Assembly: GCF_001194135.2 (NCBI RefSeq)
Contig: NC_068990.1
Span: 25,157,060-25,221,059 of the forward strand
DNA length: 64,000 bases
Origin: Octopus bimaculoides
Taxonomy: Eukaryota
Direction of reading: 5' to 3'
Shown: positions 36,454 to 45,180 of the stretch, in pieces
How the letters are laid out: each line of letters opens with the position of its first letter
Numbering within the stretch: position 1 is the first letter of the stretch
The notes under the pieces: model-generated
Told to the model about the DNA's origin: nothing
The model's input: only the letters and a program-made list of their open reading frames with translations
The model's database searches: none
Position numbers and translations under genes: made by a program

Positions 36454-38777
36454 NNNNNNNNNNNNNNNNNNNNNNNNNNNNNNNNNNNNNNNNNNNNNNN
36501 NNNNNNNNNNNNNNNNNNNNNNNNNNNNNNNNNNNNNNNNNNNNNNNNNNNNNNNNNNNNNNNNNNNNNNNNNNNNNNNNNNNNNNNNNNNNNNNNNNNN
36601 NNNNNNNNNNNNNNNNNNNNNNNNNNNNNNNNNNNNNNNNNNNNNNNNNNNNNNNNNNNNNNNNNNNNNNNNNNNNNNNNNNNNNNNNNNNNNNNNNNNN
36701 NNNNNNNNNNNNNNNNNNNNNNNNNNNNNNNNNNNNNNNNNNNNNNNNNNNNNNNNNNNNNNNNNNNNNNNNNNNNNNNNNNNNNNNNNNNNNNNNNNNN
36801 NNNNNNNNNNNNNNNNNNNNTATATACTATTATTCTAATTAGTAGAAGTTACAAAGTGATTCAAAGGCTTGTATGAAACTCTTGTCCCTTGAGTCACTTT
36901 GTAAATTCTGATTAAATTAATCTTTCCTGCTATAAGCATAAGGCCTGAAATTTTGTGTGTTTGTGTATTTCTAAAAATAATAAAAATAATAATGTAGTTA
37001 GCCTATGGTTTATAATGCTCATGCTATGGAAAGAAAACAAATGTACACCTCTCTTATTTTTTCTCTTTGCACACAGAGTAAAATTAAGTAGATTTCCTTA
37101 ATTATTTAATTATACCACTGACAAATGCAAAATGTGCAAATTTCAGCTAGTCTGTCCTGGCTTGTGTTTGATCTAAATAGCTATATGCATTAAGTTTTCT
37201 CCGTGGGCAAGAGAATGAGGGCCAACCAGCCATGAAACGTACCAGGATAATAGCCTTTATTTTTCAGTGTGCAAAGAGAATAACATCATATATTTATGCT
37301 TGTTTATTTTCAACAGAGCAGCCCTTAAATGACCAATGACTGTCAGTAAGGGTATTGAAAGTCTAGTGTTCCTGTAGAGCTATATTATCCAAAGCATCCT
37401 ATTTTATTTAGGACAGTGGAGTGAAATTTAGGGGTAATTTAGCTACTATTTCTAGCAGGTTGAGTGACAACACAGAGACTCATGCTAATAACAACCAGTA
37501 ATATAATAAATAGGATAAATTCAAATAAGACTGTAACTATTCTCTACAAAAATTGGTTCCATATCCATATCCATATCCATCGACAACTTTCGAAATTAAG
37601 AAATAAATATTTTAAGGAAAATAAGAATTTACCTTCTGCATCCAGCAATTTCGTAACGCCAAATTCAGATTCAGCAATGTTAAAAGCCAAATTTAGATTC
37701 TGTCGTGGAGTATTTCTTCGCACCTGCCTATAATCAACCAAGTCAGGTCTAAAAGAGAAAAAAGAAGGAAAAAGATAAACTTAAGCAAAAAACAAAAAAA
37801 ATGAAATAGATTGTAAATCTCAAAGAAGTTTGTAAATATAAGGAGGCACCCGGTGTTGCCCGGGAATGAAATTTTTCCTTATATATTAGAAGAAAAAAGC
37901 AAAATATGTTGTATAGAAATTTGTTATTCTAAATTCAATTTATTCTTCAATTGGGGTACAATTTATTCTTTAATTGGGAAATCAATTCTGAATTCATAAT
38001 ACAAAATAATAATAAACAAAAATACAAAATTTATCACTTTTATGAGAGGAGATAAATTCTACCACTTATGTTGAAGGAAGCCTGATGCAGCTTTCCGACT
38101 TGCCAGTCCTTAGTCAAACCATCCAACATGAAACCAGCATAAAAAGCAGACATTAAATGACAATGATGATGACCCCCAGAAAGACAAAGTTGACCTCTGT
38201 AATTTGACCTTAGAACAGAGGCGCTGTATCCAAATACAAGACATTTTGTTTGATGCTCTACCAATTCTCCCAATCCCCACCCCTGAATAATAACTGTTCC
38301 AAATATAGGCACAAGCCCTGAATTTTCGGTGGAAAGAGGAGAATAGCTGAGTGCATCAACCCCAGTACTTGACCGGTAATTTATTAACTCCAAAGGAAGG
38401 AAAGACACTGCTGACTTAGGTGGGATTTGAACTCAGAATGTAGAAAATCAGAACAAACACCATAAGGATGTTCTGATTCTGCCAATCTACAATCATTTCA
38501 CTTTCTCATGCTAGAATGAGTTAGTCTAATAAGGAAACAAATAATCAGAAAGGCAGGCATAAAATGGTAAAAGTAAACCTAGATAATCTACAAGATCTTT
38601 CAACCCTTACCTGTGTCTGTGAATTATGGAAAGGAAGGCTTTGCCATCCCGCCAGCTTGTAGAGAAGTCTGTAACTTTAATACCAGGATAGCCCTCTGTT
38701 GTTCGGCGACTCCATAGGAGAAGAGCTTCTTTAGCAGTAAGGTTTTCAGGCTGGCCAGGCACAACAACATCAGATAT
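1006..38777 (-). CDS. Multi-exon plakin/spectraplakin family gene (dystonin/MACF1/Shot/plectin-like), partial: CH2 domain, plakin domain with SH3, and following spectrin-like repeats
   Basis: 24 exons with GT-AG borders and matching phases. Translation shows CH2 motifs ([49 protein letters not shown]) and plakin motifs ([28 protein letters not shown]3 'ICFMLPPP'). Exact orthology cannot be decided by eye, so no symbol is given. Confidence 0.95.
2187..2380 (-). CDS. Plakin exon: [64 protein letters not shown](R)
   Basis: CAG acceptor, GTTAGT donor, 194 nt, phase 0 to 2. Spectrin-like heptad pattern with conserved W. Confidence 0.93.
2947..3238. mobile_element. hAT-Charlie-like MITE
   Basis: TIRs CAGTGCTACTCAAA / TTTGAGAAGCACTG; 8-bp flanks GTCTAAAT / GTCTAAGC (6 of 8 match). 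Confidence 0.8.
5609..5747 (-). CDS. Plakin exon: [46 protein letters not shown]
   Basis: CAG acceptor, GTTACT donor, 139 nt, phase 2 to 0. Confidence 0.9.
7184..7341 (-). CDS. Plakin exon: [52 protein letters not shown](R)
   Basis: CAG acceptor, GTAATT donor, 158 nt, phase 0 to 2. Confidence 0.92.
7930..8148. mobile_element. TTAA-flanked piggyBac-like MITE, family B
   Basis: TTAACCCTTTAGCATT...AATGCTAAAGGG. Related copies at about 29501-29699 (next to a family A copy) and about 2510-2915. Confidence 0.7.
8841..8998 (-). CDS. Plakin exon: (E)[52 protein letters not shown]
   Basis: CAG acceptor, GTATCT donor, 158 nt, phase 1 to 0. Confidence 0.9.
9839..10013 (-). CDS. Plakin exon: [58 protein letters not shown]
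   Basis: CAG acceptor, GTTAGA donor, 175 nt, phase 0 to 1. Confidence 0.9.
10803..10917 (-). CDS. Plakin exon: [38 protein letters not shown]
   Basis: TAG acceptor, GTATGT donor, 115 nt, phase 2 to 0. Confidence 0.9.
11931..12022 (-). CDS. Plakin SH3 exon: [30 protein letters not shown](R)
   Basis: CAG acceptor, GTTGGT donor, 92 nt, phase 0 to 2. 'PS.CF..PPP' motif. Confidence 0.94.
12843..12905 (-). CDS. Plakin SH3 exon: [21 protein letters not shown]
   Basis: CAG acceptor, GTAAGA donor, 63 nt, phase 0 to 0. Confidence 0.92.
13138..13245 (+). repeat. (GA)n/(GACA) microsatellite
   Basis: Direct inspection. Many other (TG)n, (TA)n, (GA)n and (AAT)n tracts occur throughout the window. Confidence 0.95.
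13601..13747 (-). CDS. Plakin exon: [49 protein letters not shown] (start of SH3)
   Basis: CAG acceptor, GTAAGT donor, 147 nt, phase 0 to 0. 'IIPLK.R' and 'ALC' motifs. Confidence 0.93.
14370..14492 (-). CDS. Plakin exon: [41 protein letters not shown]
   Basis: CAG acceptor, weak GTTCTT donor, 123 nt, phase 0 to 0. Confidence 0.88.
16028..16123 (-). CDS. Plakin exon: [32 protein letters not shown]
   Basis: Atypical AAG acceptor after a pyrimidine tract, GTAAGG donor, 96 nt, phase 0 to 0. WSWL.QL motif. Confidence 0.9.
18073..18177 (-). CDS. Plakin exon: (Q)[35 protein letters not shown]; alternative start at 18180 (NAGNAG)
   Basis: CAGCAG tandem acceptor, GTAAAT donor, 105 or 108 nt, phase 0 to 0. 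Confidence 0.95.
24690..24945 (+). mobile_element. Probable Penelope-like element terminal remnant with a degenerate hammerhead motif
   Basis: CTGATGA-[hairpin AGGGATAT/ATATCTCA]-GAGAC-AGCT-GTA at 24821-24860. Confidence 0.5.
25242..25403 (-). CDS. Plakin exon: [54 protein letters not shown]
   Basis: TAG acceptor, GTAATA donor, 162 nt, phase 0 to 0. Conserved 'L..F.QAA..E..WL..KE.E...RDWS'. Confidence 0.95.
26168..26245 (-). CDS. Plakin exon: [26 protein letters not shown]
   Basis: CAG acceptor, GTAAGT donor, 78 nt, phase 0 to 0. Confidence 0.92.
27122..27250 (-). CDS. Plakin exon: [43 protein letters not shown]
   Basis: CAG acceptor, GTAAGT donor, 129 nt, phase 0 to 0. Spectrin-repeat 'YG.D..SV' motif. 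Confidence 0.94.
27466..27670 (-). CDS. Plakin exon: [68 protein letters not shown]
   Basis: CAG acceptor, GTATTT donor, 205 nt, phase 2 to 0. Confidence 0.93.
29031..29194 (-). CDS. Plakin exon: [54 protein letters not shown](R)
   Basis: TAG acceptor, GTAACT donor, 164 nt, phase 0 to 2. Confidence 0.94.
29265..29492. mobile_element. TTAA-flanked piggyBac-like MITE, family A (about 220 bp)
   Basis: TTAA-CCCTTT(C/T)G(A/T)TACC...GGTAACAAAAGGG-TTAA. Other copies at about 21082-21297, 31564-32072, 51240-51448, 56419-56644, 15770-15965, 46700-46905 and 47205-47408. Confidence 0.8.
30811..30904 (-). CDS. Plakin exon: [31 protein letters not shown]
   Basis: CAG acceptor, GTAAGA donor, 94 nt, phase 2 to 0. 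Conserved [11 protein letters not shown] motif. Confidence 0.95.
31260..31390 (-). CDS. Plakin exon: [43 protein letters not shown](R)
   Basis: TAG acceptor, GTAACA donor, 131 nt, phase 0 to 2. Confidence 0.92.
31721..31930. mobile_element. Foldback/hairpin element with about 85-bp inverted arms, nested in a family A MITE
   Basis: TGTTGTGTCTGGGGAGAGTCATTCTCTTTTAGTGCC... is inverted-repeated as ...GGCACTAAAAGAGAATGACTCTCCCCAGACACAACA. Confidence 0.85.
32427..32522 (-). CDS. Plakin exon: [32 protein letters not shown]
   Basis: TAG acceptor, GTAAGT donor, 96 nt, phase 0 to 0. Confidence 0.93.
32690..33125 (+). mobile_element. Retroposon family 4 with (GAT)n tail
   Basis: GTGGTTGGCATTAGGAAGGGCATCCAGCTGTAGAAAC...CCAACCCATGCCAGCATGGAAAACGGA...ATGATGATG. 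Copies at about 41940-42300 (+), 26820-26980 (+), 22560-22760 (-), 24480-24630 (-), 54400-54600 (-), 16790-17100 (-), 50290-50520 (-) and 28430-28690 (-). Confidence 0.85.
33735..33955 (-). mobile_element. tRNA-derived SINE, family 3
   Basis: GTGGTTAGAGTGTTGCAC...GGTTTCGATTCCTGG...GTGTTCTTG(A/T)GCAAAACACTTCAT. Other copies at about 3545-3700 (+), 30380-30600 (+), 6830-7030 (-), 28200-28310 (-) and 42770-43050 (-). Confidence 0.8.
34040..34352 (+). mobile_element. CR1-like LINE 3' end with (CAT)/(ATT)n tail
   Basis: Peptide '[34 protein letters not shown]' is the CR1-type ORF2 terminal motif (FF..R....WN.LP..VV......FK), followed by a 3'UTR and microsatellite tail. Confidence 0.8.
34402..34521 (-). 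CDS. Plakin exon: [40 protein letters not shown]
   Basis: TAG acceptor, GTGAGT donor, 120 nt, phase 0 to 0. Resembles the Shot-type 'EYR...REKT...FPPTLIEMK' motif. Confidence 0.95.
35661..36055 (+). mobile_element. tRNA-derived SINE, family 2 (about 400 bp, internal (TG)n)
   Basis: GGCTGTGTGGTAAG...GGTTCAGTCCCACTG head and CCAAAGCCTTG(T)GAGTGGATTTGGTAG core. Other copies at about 62305-62792 (-), 54750-55150 (-), 9230-9700 (+) and 56705-56870 (+). Confidence 0.85.
36454..36820. other. Assembly gap (367 N), probable location of the missing plakin exon
   Basis: N run flanked by (TG)n and (TA)n. Other gaps: 17261-17330, 40614-41025, 42202-42211, 48170-48179, 62544-62579. Confidence 0.95.
37633..37748 (-). 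CDS. Plakin exon, CH2 C-half: [38 protein letters not shown]
   Basis: TAG acceptor, GTAAAT donor, 116 nt, phase 2 to 1. Confidence 0.97.
38611..38777 (-). CDS. Plakin exon, CH2 N-half: [55 protein letters not shown](R)
   Basis: CAG acceptor, GTAAGG donor, 167 nt, phase 0 to 2, classic CH2 sequence. Confidence 0.97.
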
Positions 38778-40470
38778 CTGGAGAAAAGAAAAAGAAAAAA
38801 TATTGAGATTACTTCATTGATGTAGAATATTAAAGCAATTCTCTGTTTCTGCTATTTTAAAGTCTCCATTGTTTGAAGGAAAACAGTAATGTTACTCTGT
38901 TCCCTCTGCAAACAAGACAACATTTTTATATTGGATTAATTAGTTTCCTTTATGAAATAGAAGATGGGGACAAAAGCCAGAATAAGGGAAATACTGACTT
39001 TTAAGAACATGGCTTAGACTTTATAGAGAACAGAAAAGTTGCTGTAATGTAAATTAATGTTGGATTTAACAAGTTCTAGTGATGAGAGAAATATTAACAA
39101 ATTATTATTCAGTGACAGAAGACTAGCTTCTGTAAGCTTGAAAAGTCCAGTAAAATGAAATGGCCCTAGAAAATTATATTTATTTCAATGATAACAGAGT
39201 GATAAAAGGTAAAGTAAGTCACAACCAGATTTGATTTCATAATTTAAAAGTATAAAACTTATGTGCTATTAAGCACTTGACCCACAAGCCTAAAATAACC
39301 TCGTGCACGCATGTGTATGATTGTGTGCGTGTGAAATTACAAGGAAGTTATATTGGCATTGCAACAAAGATTCTTGTGAAATTACAATTACTCTGGTCAA
39401 ACTGACCAGTAATAAAAACTCATTGTTGTAATAAAACATCTAAACATGCTGGTGGTTAGTAAAAAAAAAAAAAAAAAAACATTATCAAAATTATGACCCC
39501 TGCCTCCTCAGTTCATGAAGATCTTATTTAATCATTTATTAATATTCTCTAGATTCGTCAAATGATTTAAACAACTGGAAAGTTTCCATTGTTGAGAAAC
39601 GGTGTCATAGTCAAGGAACTTAAATCTGAAACACAGGTCTGCTTTACTCTGTGTAGGTGCCATCAATGGTAGAAAATTCACATCAATAAAAAGCACTACA
39701 GAGAATCTTGTCGGTTTGTAATTGGTAAATTCAGCCTCCCCTGAGACAAGAGTTGCCAGCCTTACATATGTATTATTTTTCAGCACCTTTAATGATACAG
39801 AAATTCATGATAAAGACCTGTTCTATGGATCCATGAGTTAACCCAAATGTATTAAAGGCCAATTCAAGTGTGGCAAGATTTGAAACTTAAAACTTTAATG
39901 TTAGCAAACTACATGTTAGTCTTTGAATGCAGTTCCTTTATTTACATTCCGATTCCTTGTGTTATCAACAGCACAAAGAAAGGAGACTACGATAGTGCGT
40001 CAGCCTAAATATATGTCTTGATGCAAACAGACAGTTGTTACGCAAATCAAAACCATCTACATCGTTTACTCAGACATCTCGTATTCATTAACCTTTATAA
40101 AAACCAACTCATCTTCTTATTTCTAGAATTACAAGATTAACTTAAGGCCTTGGACTAAAGAACATGATATAGTTAATCATATTTTTACGTAGAACAGGAG
40201 GAAAAAATATAAATGGAAAACCTTTAAAAATAAAGGAAAAAACAAATGTGACCAGCCACCAATCACCAGATCAAAATTGTGTCTAATTTAGGCAGAAAGG
40301 TCCTCAATTTGAGTGGGAGGTGTCAAGTTGATAATATAAACAACACCCCTTCCAGTATTTGGCTGGTACTTTATTTCATCGATCCTGGAATGCTTTATGC
40401 TGTCTCTTTCTCATGACCTTATACTAAATGGCTTACATCATCTAATACCTTACACACACACACACACACA

Positions 40471-40613
40471 TATATATAACGCTCAATAAACAATGTGTGT
40501 GATTGTGTGTGTGTGTGTATATAAAGCTCAATAAACAATATGTGTGTGATTGTGTGTGTGTGTGTATATAAAGCTCAATAAACAATATGCGCGATTGAGT
40601 GTGTGTGTGTGTG
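40471..40613 (+). repeat. Minisatellite of about 43-45 bp (ATATAAAGCTCAATAAACAATATGTGTGTGATTG(TG)n), three visible units running into the gap
   Basis: Direct inspection. Confidence 0.85.
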
Positions 40614-41025
40614 NNNNNNNNNNNNNNNNNNNNNNNNNNNNNNNNNNNNNNNNNNNNNNNNNNNNNNNNNNNNNNNNNNNNNNNNNNNNNNNNNNNNNNN
40701 NNNNNNNNNNNNNNNNNNNNNNNNNNNNNNNNNNNNNNNNNNNNNNNNNNNNNNNNNNNNNNNNNNNNNNNNNNNNNNNNNNNNNNNNNNNNNNNNNNNN
40801 NNNNNNNNNNNNNNNNNNNNNNNNNNNNNNNNNNNNNNNNNNNNNNNNNNNNNNNNNNNNNNNNNNNNNNNNNNNNNNNNNNNNNNNNNNNNNNNNNNNN
40901 NNNNNNNNNNNNNNNNNNNNNNNNNNNNNNNNNNNNNNNNNNNNNNNNNNNNNNNNNNNNNNNNNNNNNNNNNNNNNNNNNNNNNNNNNNNNNNNNNNNN
41001 NNNNNNNNNNNNNNNNNNNNNNNNN

Positions 41026-41375
41026 GTGGTGGTGGTGGTGGTGATGAAATGGTCAGGACATTTCTGATAGTGCTGATGTTGGGAATGATAACTATGGTGG
41101 TGGTGATGGTGGTAATGATTAATGATGAAATGATAATGATGTTTCTACTAGTGATGTTGATGATAATGAGGATGAAATGGCAATGATGGTTCTGTTAATG
41201 ATGGAGAGTGTGGTGGTGGTGGTGGTGACAATCACAAAGGATGATGATGAAATGCTTATGATGTTTGTTAGTGATGATGCTTGTAGAAGTGGTGGTAATG
41301 ATGTTGGTGGTGGAGTTGGCTTCTCTTTCCTCGCATTGCTGTTAAATGGTGGTGGTGGTGGTGGTGGTGGTGGAC
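41026..41375 (+). repeat. Degenerate (GAT/GGT)n low-complexity tract
   Basis: Direct inspection. A similar (GAT/AAT) tract lies at about 63130-63325. Confidence 0.85.
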
Positions 41376-41622
41376 TATTTACACCCCCACATCAGCCAAC
41401 TTCATGAGAACTTTTAAGTTTCATGCTTAGAGGAACAAACAAAAAATATTTATTTGTTTTGCAAGATTCCTGGTGTGAAATTGTGGGTTGAAAATGGAAT
41501 AAGCAGAACAAGAGGAGGCACAAGGGATGAAGAGTCACAGAAGAGGTCACAGGACGTATGAAGAAAGAGCTTGGATAAAGAAGCAAATATAATAACAATA
41601 AAGCTGAAGTAAAGACTAAATA

Positions 41623-41674
<52 letters not shown>

Positions 41675-43525
41675 AATTGGCAAAATATGACCATCCCCAA
41701 ATATAACAATTGAAAAAAATATAAAGCAAAATAAGAATAAAATAAATAATAAAACACAACCTCCTCACCCCACCCTCACATCCACACAGTAATGTAGTAA
41801 TCCTCTTAAATGTAATATGACAATGGCAAAAACTAAAGAAGTTATTTTGAAACTGAGATGTACTGGGGTGCACAGGGGAAGCAGTGATGTTTATGCCTTT
41901 TCTTGCCTAAAGTGGTAGTCATGATGTTAGATCCTCCATGCTGGTGACACATCAAAAGCACCATCCGAATGTGGGTGATGCCAGCGCTGCCTTGACTGGC
42001 TCTCGTGCCGGTGGCACGTAAAAAGCACCAACCGATCATGGTTGCTACCAGCCCCCTCTGGCCCCTGTGCCGGTGGCATGTAAAAAGCACCCACTACATT
42101 CTTGGATTGGTTGGCGTTAGGAAGGGCATCCAGCTGTAGAAACGCTGCCAGATCAGACTGGAGCCTGGTGCAGCCTCCTGGCTTCCCAGACCCCAGTCGA
42201 ANNNNNNNNNNCTGGTGCAGCCTCCTGGCTTCCCAGACCCCAGTCGAATCCTCCAACCCATGCCAGCATGGAAAACGGACGTTAAACAATGATGATGATA
42301 ATGAAATAAGAACTGCAGCTACATTTGATCTGGGACACACACAAGCACAGATATGCATAAATGCAAACACAACTAAGGTGAAGTCTTCTGATTTTCCAGT
42401 CCCTGCTGAACCGTCCAACCCATACCAGCATGGAAAACAGATGTTGAATAATGATGATTAAATGACGATGACACAACCACACACAAAAACACAATCTCAC
42501 ACACACACACACACACACACACAAATATGCACATGTTACCAGTTGGCTCAGCCAGCTGGAGATTTTCTTTCCTTGTTTTTTTGTAATGGCCCAATAATGC
42601 GAGCGCTTGTGTTTAATCAATGAAAATTGAGAATGAGAGGGGGGGGGGGAGCAAAGAAAGAGAAAGCGAAACGAAATTCCACCGAGGCTAGCTAACTGCT
42701 CAGGTGAAAGTAAATAAGGATTTAATAACATACATACAAGGTTATAAAAAAACTGGTACTGTCAGTTACAACGACGAGTGTTCCAGTTGATCCATTCAGC
42801 AGAACAGCCTGCTTGTGAAATTAACATGCAAATGGCCGAACATTCCACAGACACACATGTACCCTTAACGTAGTTCTCAAGGAGATTCAGCATGACACAG
42901 AATGTGACAAGGCTGGCCCTTTTGAATTACAGGTACAATTCATTTCTACCAGCTGAGTGGACTCTAGCAACGTAGAAGAAAGTATCTTGCTCAAGGACAG
43001 AATGCACCACTGGGTATTGAACTGAATACCCTAACCACTAAGCCATGTGCTTTTGCAGCACAAGGGGTTACATCCACAGCAGCTGGTGGGGGTAAGGGTC
43101 ATTTTGCTTTTTCCATGGCAATTACTAGAGCATGTCAATTGTTAATGCTATTGTTGCATTTCACCCCCAACAACACTACAGTCTGGGAGAATGAAATGTA
43201 GTGTCAACCTTGGTGAAATTTGAACTCAGAACATCTATGGCTATCTAGGGTTATGTGTTGTCAATGTTTGATTAAGTCAGATTATGGGGAGGTTGTGTTG
43301 CCTACAGATGGATGAAGTAGTAGGGAAGAAGGATTAAATAGTGATTAGGATGAAGGATATAAGGAGTGTAGGTGGTAAGACACTGGAAAGATGATGAAAG
43401 ACAGAACAGGTGGTAGGAGGGGGTTAATGTTGTAGTAAAAGTAGAACTGGTAAGTTTGGTGAAGTAGAGGTCTAAGGTAGAGCACCATTTGATGGAGGGA
43501 GAGCCAGTTACTGTGACATAATACT

Positions 43526-43564
<39 letters not shown>

Positions 43565-43750
43565 TGCTAGACAGATAGAGATAGACACAGACATAGAGAC
43601 AGACAGACACAGACAGATAGACAGAGACAGACAGACAGAGACAGACTGACAGACACAGACAAGCAGAAAGACAGAGTGGGGGAGAGAGAAAGTGGGGAGG
43701 GGAAAGAGACAGAATGATAATAATAGAACAGAATGAAATTATTTTCTTAC

Positions 43751-44074
43751 CAAACTCTGGCAGCAACTTTTAAAGGTAACATATGGCTGTAAAGTCTTCC
43801 AGGGGTTGACTTTTATTGTCGGACTAATTTGGCACATTTTATGATCACAATAACTAAGAGATCCACACTCATCACAACGGTGTAAAGGTCCCAGCGTTTG
43901 TGAAGAAGGCAAGAGGTGATGTTGGTCCAAATTGTTGGATCTCCATATCGGAATATAATTAGTAGTGTTATCAGATTCTTTAGTTTCTTCAGTTTTAGAA
44001 GCAGCTTTGGAGATTGGTCTTGGACTAAGAGACCGAGCTTGTTTAAGGACTTTCCAGAAAGATGATCTGGACAT
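43751..44074 (-). CDS. Candidate alternative first coding exon (108 aa, MSRSSFWKVLKQ...KSCCQSL) splicing to the CH2 exon
   Basis: Stop-free ATG ORF in unique non-repeat DNA ending at TTG|GTAAGA, a strong phase-0 donor that matches the phase-0 acceptor at 38777. Confidence 0.7.
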
Positions 44075-44789
44075 TTGTTATTGTTTTCTTTTTTGTTTTA
44101 TTTTGTTTTAAATTGATAATTTGATTAAAAGAAGATTTTAAAAAAAAAATTTGCATGTGTTATGCAAATTAACCAAAATACATTTTCTTATCCCATATGT
44201 GTTTCAAATATATAAATAAATATTCAACTAGGAAAAAATGCATAACTGACAGGTTTTGGAAATGTCGATATTTAACAGACATGGAAAAATATTTTGTGGA
44301 AAAAACTGATGTTAAATGTTGGTAATAACGGAGAGAAAATACATAACATTACCAGTCAATCACTATTATAGAACAGCGATTGGTTTTTTCCAAGAATATT
44401 TTTAAAATCACTTGTAAAGGATAGTTCTGTTTTCATTTCCAAGACAGTTAAAGAAAAGGAAGAAACAATAAATAATATTTCAGAAATTCTAAAATAAATA
44501 TTGAAGATTCACTTTCACTTGAAGAATATAGATATTTCTAGAAGCTATAGGAAAGAAAGAAACATTGACAGACAAAGAAACACTAGATTCATAGATGTGT
44601 GTAATAGCCGAGCAGGCCGGCTGTTGTAAAATAAATATAAATATATGAATATATATATATGTATATATTAGTCTATATTAGTCTACACTGGGTAGATCTT
44701 AACATTGTATTACGTAGTTGATATATTTGTTTTTCTCTCTTCATGCTAAGCAATCACCAGAAATCTATTCACCGGAGATTAACAGAGAT

Positions 44790-44832
<43 letters not shown>

Positions 44833-45180
44833 AGAAACAAGAGAGACATTTAACGTCAATAGCTTAATCAATATGGCAGTGATGCAGCTATCTGGTTATT
44901 TGTGGAGGCCTACCTATGAGGGGTTGGTTACACATTCGTTGTTACAGCTACTCACCAATAATGTAATAAACACAACTCAACAGGCTCAATTAAAGTGGCC
45001 AGTTTGAAATTTCCTGAAGTTTTGACTTATTACACAACAACCAACTCGACAACGAAAACAACCATGCTGATATACTGATTAATAATTATCATCATATTCT
45101 AATTAAAATTTTCATTTCTGTTTCAGGAAGCAAAAAAAAAAAAAAATACATTCCTTCTCCATTCATTCATTCATTCATTC
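44075..45180 (-). promoter_or_regulatory. Putative 5'UTR/internal promoter of the 44074-43751 exon
   Basis: About 1.1 kb with no recognisable SINE or MITE copy directly upstream of the ATG, with a (GA)n/(TC)n tract at about 44790-44830. Inferred from position only. Confidence 0.35.

Noticed and set aside
36278-36876. Long ORFs through N runs and (TG)n (also 40550-41186, 17143-17491, 62439-62762)
   Set aside because: Their length comes from N bases and microsatellites.
39532-39786. 84-aa minus-strand ORF upstream of the CH2 exon
   Set aside because: No homology, no convincing in-phase donor, and it ends in a stop.
40471-40613. CRISPR-like repeat-spacer array
   Set aside because: Eukaryotic context; the units are separated by (TG)n rather than unique spacers, and there are no cas genes.
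42165-42250. About 40-bp direct duplication CTGGTGCAGCCTCCTGGCTTCCCAGACCCCAGTCGAA
   Set aside because: The copies sit on either side of a 10-N gap. This is a typical contig-overlap artefact, not biology.
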